The notes beneath the pieces are model-generated. The model was not told where the DNA came from and searched no databases. It saw nothing but the letters and a program-made list of their open reading frames with translations. Positions 11,761 through 20,000 of a stretch of DNA of 20,000 bases are shown piece after piece. The DNA lies in NCBI GenBank assembly GCA_008632985.1, contig QPGO01000147.1:182707-202706 (forward strand), read 5' to 3'. The first letter of the stretch is position 1. Each line of letters begins with the position of its first letter. A program made the position numbers and the translations under genes. The DNA is from Psammoneis japonica. Taxonomy: Eukaryota.

Positions 11761-12041
11761 TGCCCCAATCAACTGCCACACACCTCACACCGCCGTCGCG
11801 TCGTACCGGTGCCACACCAGGCATCTACAGTACGTACAGCATTTATCCGTGCGTGCTCTCCGTTTGACATTTCGGGAAGTGTCGAACCTACTTGCTTGTG
11901 AGGTAGGTTCGCACCAATGGACAGCGGATAAAATTTACTTAAGATCTTTCCTTAATTGACATGACATACTAGTGAATGACTTATGGTGTCCATCACGGGA
12001 AGTGACCACAATTTCGGTCACAGTGCGCCAAAAACAAGAAC

Positions 12042-12980
12042 ATGACAGGCACTAACACCAATTCACAAGTCTCATTATTTTCACCCAAACAAGCCACAAG
12101 GTTAGAAAAAGCCGTCATGAGGGCTTTCGACGCTCTCCTGCTGTTTCTGGTTTTTATATGTTTAATCGACCTGATCAAGGCAGAGCAATTTCGTACGCTT
12201 AGACGAAAAGCAAGAGATGGTGCTGGCAAACAAAAGGCAGATTATCGATTTGGTGTCGTTGTTGAAAAAGTGGCATTTGAAGAATACTATGCTAGTAGTA
12301 CAGACGTCTCGGAGAGTGATGAGGAGGAGGACGAGGAGCCTCTCAAGGTTGTCTATGTTGAACTAAATCAAGAACGGTTGACTTGCATGGAACGATCTAT
12401 TGCCGAAAACATGCCACGCATTGCCGAAGCATATCTACTCCAAGATTACGTAACAAGTCAATCCAATCAAGTTGTTGATAAACATCGAAATGCTTGGGGT
12501 GAAGTGCGAAAAGTAATTTACAAACCAAAGCTAAGGAATGGGGCGGGTTTACCTTTTGAGTACGGTGTGTCAGAGGCGAAATACGAAAACAAGAAAATTG
12601 ACGATTTATCCAATGACAAAACCATCCTTGTTCAACAAGACACTCTAGGGGTGGTCAAAAGGAAAAGAGACCATAATGGAAACAGAATACGTGCCCTTGG
12701 GAGCAAAAAGGCCCGTGATGGAACTGGTCAAGCACCGCAACTCGATCAAGTCGACGTGGAATCTACCCCATCGATACCACCAAAACGAAAACTAAGGAGA
12801 AGACGAAGAAAAAGGAGACTTGTCGTGCAACGTTGGAAGGGCTTTTTTCGAATCAAGGCAGCCTGTCACTTATGTAATCCCGATGACCTCGACAGAAGAC
12901 TACTCAAACAGGATGCTACTCTATCGTCAGGAAGCGGAACGTTCCGCCGTCCCTCAAACCTTTCAACAGTGGATGAATGA
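12042..12980 (+). CDS. Hypothetical protein (312 aa) with one N-terminal hydrophobic segment, an acidic patch and a basic NLS-like tract
   Basis: Uninterrupted ATG-started ORF with normal dinucleotide content: AFDALLLFLVFICLIDLI, ESDEEEDEE, PPKRKLRRRRRKRR. No family recognised. Confidence 0.7.
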   Translation: MTGTNTNSQVSLFSPKQATRLEKAVMRAFDALLLFLVFICLIDLIKAEQFRTLRRKARDGAGKQKADYRFGVVVEKVAFEEYYASSTDVSESDEEEDEEPLKVVYVELNQERLTCMERSIAENMPRIAEAYLLQDYVTSQSNQVVDKHRNAWGEVRKVIYKPKLRNGAGLPFEYGVSEAKYENKKIDDLSNDKTILVQQDTLGVVKRKRDHNGNRIRALGSKKARDGTGQAPQLDQVDVESTPSIPPKRKLRRRRRKRRLVVQRWKGFFRIKAACHLCNPDDLDRRLLKQDATLSSGSGTFRRPSNLSTVDE

Positions 12981-13223
12981 GTTTTTGGCCGAGCAAATGA
13001 TTATCGATTGCAACGAGTATGATACTAAAAAGACCATGTTTTGGTTTGTAAAGTAAGCGTCGGTAATAATGAAATACGGGTTAATAGAGTGCAAACCAAT
13101 AGTACCTCTAGCACTTTGTTCTGTATATACTAGTAGTAGAACTTTTCATTGGTAATGCTAGCTAGTAGTAGAGCCATGCCGGTTCATAATTTTTTAATCT
13201 ACTAATAGCTTTCGTTCTACACT

Positions 13224-14484
13224 CTAATCCAACAATTCCACAATGGGTGGCTGGAGCAATCGATTGACTTCCAAGGGTTGCCACGCTAAGCCTTCATTGT
13301 TTTCATTGCGACTCAAAATGGACGTTTGCGATGGATACTGACATTGATCCTCGGATGCGTCACCAAGGACCATGAGTTTTGACCAAAAGGAAAAGCTTTG
13401 CGACAGCTCATCGTCGTCCTCCTCCACTTCTTTGCTCATGTACCAAAGAATTGTCTAACGGGAAAATATTAGAAAAGAGTGAGATGACACTCGACGAGAG
13501 AGCGGTTGATTTACAAGACATGTTGTTGCTCCAATGTCACAACTCACTTCATTTGAAAATCTTTTTGCAATTATACACTGCAACAGCCGTCCGAATGCTT
13601 GCCGATTTGTGGAAGAAGCTTCAACGTTATTGGTAGTATGATCCTCTTGAGTAGTAGTAGTAGTATCTGCAGTATACCGTTGTGGCGGCATGCGTGGCTT
13701 GGTAAAGACAAATCCATTCCCATTGGTTCCCGTACAATAATAAATTCCATTGTATTCCTCATCCCCGGCATGCGTCACCAAGACGCGTCGTCTCAAACCC
13801 AACATGGGTACAGGCACAACCGCCGTTGTTGTTGGTTGTACTGTTTGCGCAGTCGTTATAATAGTTCCTTCCATTTGTTCCTTGGCTCTTAATAGCTGAA
13901 AGACGTTTGTAATTTGTCGGTCTTGTTGTAATTGGTATGTTTGTTGTGTGGCGGACGTTCGTGCCAAGCTATGAAAGCGACTGCACGTTAACCCCACTTG
14001 CATCAAGCACTGACACGACAAGAATTCAAATATCCTCAAAACGACATCGTCGACAATGAGCAAGTGTTGTAAGAAACTGGAACTTTGGGATGCCTTTTTC
14101 GTAACGTCGTTTTGTTGTTGTTGTTGTTGACTATTCAGGAGATCGCAGTGTGCGTTTGCCAGTTGCTCAAAGGGCGCAAACAAAATTCGAATAGGCTGGA
14201 GTCTGCTTCAAGGCAATCACATCGTTGCGTGGTATTTGCATGAGCCAATGACCGAACTTCTCCAACGAATCCGTATCAAACTGAGGAGAAGAGGAACGAC
14301 TTCGTTTCTGTGTATGCAAGGGGACGACTCGAGGATCCGAAGCAGAAGCAACGTCGCCATTCATGTTGTTGTTGTTATTTGTAGCGTGACCTGGCGATGA
14401 TGATGGTTCCTCCATGTGCTCGTCATACACTTCTGCTTCTTCTTCTTGACCTATTATTCGTTCTTGTTCTTGTGCTGCATTCAT
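13224..14484 (-). CDS. F-box domain protein with one intron and one apparent +1 frameshift
   Basis: F-box motif FLQHLLIVDDVVLRIFEFLSCQCLMQVGLTCSRFHSLA. A phase-0 intron at 13547-13455 (GTGAGT...CTAAT...GTTAG) joins in frame to TILWYMSKEVEE...VELLD*. The N-terminal ORF 14167-14484 joins only if one C is removed near 14173 (FVCA-FEQLANAH). Confidence 0.8.
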
Positions 14485-14789
14485 GCTACTCCCGTGCCGT
14501 TGTTGTTGCGGGTGTGTACGGTCCTCACTTTCTCTTTGTTGCAGTCATCTCTGTCACTGTCATCGAGAGATTTCAGATTTGGCCTCCACATCACACATGA
14601 CATTGCGCATGCGTTGAGTTTTTTCTACGCAAGCTCGTACCGGTACATAGCCGTCGTAGAAGACATTTTGTATTCAGTGTCACATTTTCTCTATTCAAAT
14701 AGTCCTAGAGAGTATAGGCGCGAGGTACGGTCGAGGCACACCCAGGTGTTCGTTCAGCGGTGACAACAAGTGGGTTCGAGTTGTCATGC

Positions 14790-16740
14790 TTGAGTCAGTC
14801 TGCGGCAGAGTGACCCTGCCACCAGAGATTGGACAATTGATGTGCTTGAAGGACTTGAGTTTCGATGGCTGTGAGAAAAGCTGGAAAACTGCTGCCTATC
14901 CAAGCTCTTTTTTCTCTCTTCTATGCAAAGCTTTGTGACCCCCTCTTGCATTTCAGAAACTGTGCTGTGATTTCCAAGTTGCCAGGTGGGCTCTTTTAAC
15001 CACCAAATTTGAAATGTGTGAGTTTGGTGTGGAGCAGCTCTGCCACGGCTGTTCTCAGGGGCCGGCTCTCCAGCTTGAGAGTGCTGCAGCTGTGCAGCAG
15101 GCACTCTGGGGCTTTGATGCCCTCTCTTGAAATGGTGCAAGCAGCTCAGCCAATCAGGGCTGGCTGGGCTTGACAGATGACAGTCAACTTGCCCAATTGC
15201 CACACACTGCCTGGAGCCAGATGACCCTGCACTCATGCCACATCACTTGCTGCGGCTCTGACAAAGCCAACAAGCTCAGACAGTCTTGCCTCTCAGCGGT
15301 TGAAGCAAACACAGAAGTGGTCCAAAGAAAAATCAACATTGCCAGCCTGCTCCAACTCCAAGTGAGGATGTGCACAGGCTCGATTCCCATCGCTGGCCCA
15401 TCTCTGCATTTGGCACAACAAACTCTTTCAAAATCATCTTTTTCCCAAATTGAACAAGGGTGAGCACACACAAGTCAGTGTGCCATGCTGCGCAGAGAAT
15501 CAAGCTCTTGTGTGGTGGATTGTGCACCACCTGGGTCTGGAACAGGAGTCAGACACATCCTTGAAGAGGCCAGGGACACTCTTTGTCTCTTTGCTGCTGC
15601 CAGCTTGCTTGGCTTGAGCAGCAGGTTGTTGCAAGCCATGCTCCTTCTGCTGCAAAGCTGGGTTTGCTGGTGCCTGCTGCAAAGCAACCTCTTCCATCAT
15701 CATTGGAGAGTTTTTTTGTGAGTGTGGCAGCAGCGGTGCACCAAAGCTCTGTTGCAAAGTGCTGAGGGGGGGGGGCAGGGTTGGGGTTGGCAACAACTGC
15801 GCACCTGTGGCTGGGGCAGCACCAAGAAGAAAAAAAAGCCCCAGATTGGAGCTGGGCATTGCCCTTGCAATGAGCGGGACACTCACTTTAGCAAATGATG
15901 TGAGCAAGACACCAAGCTGACAAGCTGTGTGAGGAGTGGAGGGCAGCACATTGTCACAAGGCTGCTGTCATTGCTGCTGACATCATGACCACAAAATCCA
16001 ACAATGGGGCTCATGCCATTGAGAAAGCAGCAGCTGGCACTGAGCCATCTGGTGAAGCCAATGCCAAGACAAAGGCCAATCTCAAGGACTCAGAAGGCTT
16101 TTGGACAGGAAGCCTGCAGGAAAGCAAGGGGCTTGCACAGGCACCCAAATTTGAGCACAAGGCTTAAAAGAAAGCTCTGGTTGAGGGGCAGAAAGCTGCA
16201 CTGTCATCATTTGGTGTGTGTGAGAACAGGGTCTGGGCACTTGGGTGGTGACAGACAAGTCCTGTGTTGTGAAAATTGTGCCATTCTTGAGACATGCACC
16301 AGAGCTTGAGGCAGCCCCAGTGCAGCAATGGCCACATTTTTTGTGGCGCTGTGCAGCTTTTGTGACAAGTGGAAGTTGGGTCATGATGGCACATCTGTGG
16401 AACTTCTGCAACTTCAGCATGGGCTTCTGTGCACTTTGCTGCCCCATCCTGGGTTGCCTGCTGCACTTGCTCCTGTGACGAGGTCAGGTGATGGAGAAGC
16501 AAGCCAGAGCATTGCTTCTTGCACATGAAGAATTGCTGTCACAAACTTGAAGCACCATGGCTGGCACATCTGGAGCTTGTTCTGAGATCAGCTGACCTTT
16601 TTGTCTCTCAGAATTTGATGAATTCTGTCATCATGTGTGCGCCCTCATCTCAAATGTGCAAGCCACAATTTTTCTCTGAAACTTGTCATTTAAAACTGCT
16701 CTCTGTTTTGCTTGTGCCAACCCCAAGCACAGCATGCAAT
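14790..16740 (+). pseudogene. Hypermutated LRR-protein gene relic, copy 2 (right arm of inverted repeat)
   Basis: From ~14809 it reads VTLPPEIGQLMCLKDLSFDGCEK (LRR). Shared blocks with copy 1 include ccacctggcaact(c/t)ggaaatcacagc, agccagatgaccc, aagctcagacag, gtctgggcacttgggtggtgaca and ctgcacttgctcctgtga. Confidence 0.75.
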
Positions 16741-17619
16741 GCACACAACAGCTGCCTTTTTCTTTTGTTGTCTCACATTTGTGCCTGGGTGCAGCATTTG
16801 CACAATCCCCTGGCTCATTTGCAAACCAAGTGGTCTGCAGGAGCCCATTCTGAGTCATTGGGTGGCCCTTTTCTCACAGAGCCAGTTGACTTCATTGCAC
16901 ACCCACTTCTCACGGCAGGCTTTTTCGTTCCACATGCTGAGCCTTTTTTCCAAACAGCATCTCTTGCTCGAGCAAAGGCATGCACAGCTGCTCTTGACAA
17001 TTTCTGCACGCTGCTTGCACCCACATTTGAGCACCAGCAAATCTTCTGTGGGAACATTTAGCCCCAGAAAAACTTTGTGAAATGTTGTGAGAGCTGCAGA
17101 GCCAATGCTTTGCATCAGAACATCAGTGCTGTTGGCTCTTTTTGCAGCTCAACAGCCTGTCCAGGAGCATCATGCAAGCGCACACAAAGCAATGTCAAAA
17201 ATGCACCAGCAACAGCATCCTGGACCTTTTCAGGTGACCTTTTTTGTCCAACCTTTTTTGGCACATGCCCAAGCTTCTGCCACAAAGACCTCTCTGCAGC
17301 CAATCATGAAACACAGCATCTGCAACCATTTGTGTCAAACAGGTGCAATCTTGGAAATCTTGTCATCTTGGCACCTGTGCTGACATGCACAATGGGTGCA
17401 CCACACTCAATGAGAAGTGGCAATTTTGAAAAATGCTTGTGCCCACTCTCAACTGGTGCATGAGCAACATTTTTGCAATTTCTGCTCTCTGCTGTCTGCT
17501 CCCCTGTTGGCTGAACAGCCACAGAGAGCAGGCAGAGCAACATTCTGTGGTGGCAGCCAGCTGGGCTGGCATTTTTGCACTTGAGGTGGCAGTGTTGCAG
17601 CAAAACTGTGCAGGAATGG

Positions 17620-17870
17620 GGGGGTCCAAGCACTCAGGCAGCAACAGATGAGTCTGGTGTTGCAGAGATTGTGAGAAAATTCTGCACACGCAACTTGCAT
17701 GTGCAAGACAGCAAGACACATGGAGCTTGAGTCCCTGTGTGACAATGGCTGCATTTGGCACTGTGCAGTTCTGCGCAGCCGCTGCTTCATGCAAGATGTG
17801 TCAACTGCATGATGGCCAGTTGGGTCATGCCTTGCCTGTGTGGAACTCCCATGGGCAAAAGCTGCTGCAC
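17620..17870 (+). pseudogene. Third, partial and more diverged copy of the same relic
   Basis: gcttgagtccctgtgtgacaatggctgcatt (17725-17755) aligns with gcttgagcctctgcacaacaatggccacatt (copy 1, 10309-10279). ASWVMPCLCGT aligns with ASWVMTHLCGT. Full extent not determined. Confidence 0.7.
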
Positions 17871-18178
17871 AGGTTTGGACCAAATCTGTGGGCAAAGGCT
17901 TGAGCCAAAGTGGCAGTGCTGGCCACAGGCAGGTGGCCCAGAGCAACAAGTCTGTCCATCTTGCACACAAGAGATGTGCTGTGGGACACAGCTGGGGTGC
18001 CACTTGGAAGATTCAAAAGGTCAGCTTCAAATCCCAAACATCATTTGCAGCCTGGGACAAAGACAAATCACTGACCATTTGTCTCACAATTCATCTGTCT
18101 CCTCAGTTGCATCTCTGTCTTTTCCTGTGCTCATCAGCAGAAGAAGGCATGACCAACACCCTTCCAGCAGACAAGATG

Positions 18179-20000
18179 TCACAGTTGATGAGAGATTGCG
18201 ATGCGAGGTTTGTTGTCCAACAAAGTTGTCTGGTCAATTGTTGAGTGTGCCAATGCCATGGGCTTGAGCAAGAGCCACACGCAGCTGCCACAGTTGCTGC
18301 ACGGTGTTGGAAGAAGTTGTGTGAGGCACATGATCCATCCAGTTTCCAGGGCATCTCTTGATGATTGCCTGGACAGGATGTGCAACACAGAAGCTGGCAC
18401 ACTGTCAGAAGCAGAGAAGATGCTCTGCACTTTGCCGCACCTGAACTTTGCCTCTGATCCCATCAGCACACAAATTGTCTCCTCCCTGACAGCACTGACA
18501 TGGAGCGCCGGACTTGCAAATCCTTCTGTTTTCCACTGTCTGCTCTCAAACACATCCACTCGGAGAAGCCCATGCTCCCATGCCAAGGAATCCACCCAGT
18601 CCAAATTGTGAGCATCCAGGACTTTTGGATGGCATGCCACTGGGAGTGTCACTTGGGGTGGGCTGCGGCTTGGCATGCTGTTTGGAGCATGACTGAAGGT
18701 GTGACTGGAACTGGGGCTCGTGCTTGGGAATTTGCTGGGAGCTGGGCTGGTTGGACGGAGCAAACCCTGCACTTGGAGCCATGCTGGGAGAAGTGCTTGG
18801 TGCTGAACTCAAACTGGGAGCTTGAGATGGCATCTTTGCAGGGTTCAAGGCTTGATTTTGTTGTCACTTCCACCATGGTGCCTTGATGGTGCATGCATTG
18901 GCAATGCAAACGTCAATTTCAAATGGAGTCGCTGCATTTGCAACATCACCACCCAACAGCATTGCCTCAATTTGATCCAGAAAACTGGATGTTGTCTCTG
19001 CAAATGGATCATCCCTTGTTAAAATGTGATCAGCTTTGGTGACATTTGCAGAGCTGCTGTGCCAATGTTTTCAATTTCCATGACTGAACCCACCATGTGA
19101 AGGCATTGCTTGGTTTGAGTCGTTGTCAGGATCACCACTCACCATCGCAGCCCTTGAGTGTCAGGCTGCCAAGTTGGTTGTTCAGCATTGGGTTGCAAGC
19201 ATCTGTCACAAACTGCACTTGCTGGTGCACAGAGTCTACATTGGCAGAAATTCAATGAAACAAATGACAACACTTGGGGTGTTGGCTGTTTTAATCTTCT
19301 TGCTGAGACTTTTGGTTTTGTTGAACTTTGCTCCATTTGGTCCAGTGCATGTGACAGGGCACCTGGTGGCATGACATCAGAGAAATCTTGACGTTCACAG
19401 TGTTTGCCTTGAAAATTCACAGCTTCTTGATGCAAAATTGCCACCCGCATTTGAAGGCCAAGTTTGGATGTCACCTTGGCATTCTGGATTGGGTTCTGTT
19501 TTCATCTTGGGCTTCGCATCTCAAATCAACCTGCACAAGCATTAAATGTGAGTTGGCACTGAATGGTTTTCAAAACAAGAGAACAAGAGCCAAAGAAGTC
19601 TGAGTGCACCTTTGTGTTGCAGAACTCTTGTGTGGTTGGTTCTTGACTTGGGGCGTTGCTGGGAACCGGGCTGCTGCTTGGTGATGACAAAGGCGCCGCA
19701 CTCGGCACTGGACTTGCACTCGGAATCAAGGATGGGCTGCTGCCAGGTTCTTGGCTCTTGCCTGTTGTTGCTGATGGCTGGCTGCTTGGAGCAGGGCTGG
19801 CACCAGGTGATCTGCTTGGCACATTGCTCAGAGCTGGACCACCACATGGAGCTGCACTGGGTGAATCACTCGGTGCCGGACTTGAACTTGGAGGCAGCAT
19901 GGTGTGCATTGGCACATTGCTTGGTGCTGGACTTGCACTGGGGGCATCACTGGGCATGGATCTTGGAGCAGAACTTGCACTGGGTGATCCACTTGGTGCA
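18179..20000 (-). pseudogene. Decayed gene for a diatom-type Pro/Ser-rich (PSxxPS) extracellular protein; continues beyond the window end
   Basis: Two blocks of PSxxPS repeats (19526-20000: PSDAPSASPAPSNVP...PSNAPSQEPT; ~18640-18830: PSQAPSLSSAPSTSPSMAPS, then PTSPAPSKFPSTSPS in another frame) are separated by non-repetitive segments with stops and frameshifts. Same CpG/TpA loss. Confidence 0.7.

Noticed and set aside
13120..13175. tagtag/gctagctag low-complexity stretch (similar at 1000-1030)
   Set aside because: Ordinary AT-rich flank between genes with no defined structure.
15766..15790. G10 run plus GGG/GGGG tracts (possible G-quadruplex)
   Set aside because: Lies within a decayed relic, is not shared with copy 1, and homopolymer length is unreliable.
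9705..20000. Dozens of overlapping Cys/His/Gln/Leu-rich ORFs in the mutated domains
   Set aside because: Artefact of TpA loss, which removes TAA/TAG stops on both strands; they are not independent genes or Cys-rich metal-binding proteins.
9810..20000. Classical fungal RIP
   Set aside because: RIP raises TpA and AT content and depletes CpA; here TpA is nearly absent and CpA/TpG is enriched.

Overview
Eukaryotic DNA, most likely from a pennate diatom. Evidence: short GT-AG introns of 79-119 bp, a bipartite plastid-targeting-like presequence and PSxxPS-repeat protein relics. Bases 1-9800 and 11800-14730 have ordinary composition and contain a DUF3082-like membrane protein, a membrane/repeat/triple Tudor-SH3-like protein, an unknown protein with 11-aa repeats, an orphan ORF and an F-box gene. 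Two sharply bounded domains (about 9810-11780 and 14770-20000) have lost almost all CpG and almost all TpA and are rich in TpG/CpA. They hold decayed genes: a ~2 kb LRR-gene relic present as an inverted pair around an intact 3 kb two-gene island, a third partial copy, and a PSxxPS protein relic. The most interesting signal is this repeat-delimited double-dinucleotide erasure. It is unlike fungal RIP, which creates TpA, and 5mC deamination alone does not explain it. All counts and alignments were made by eye.
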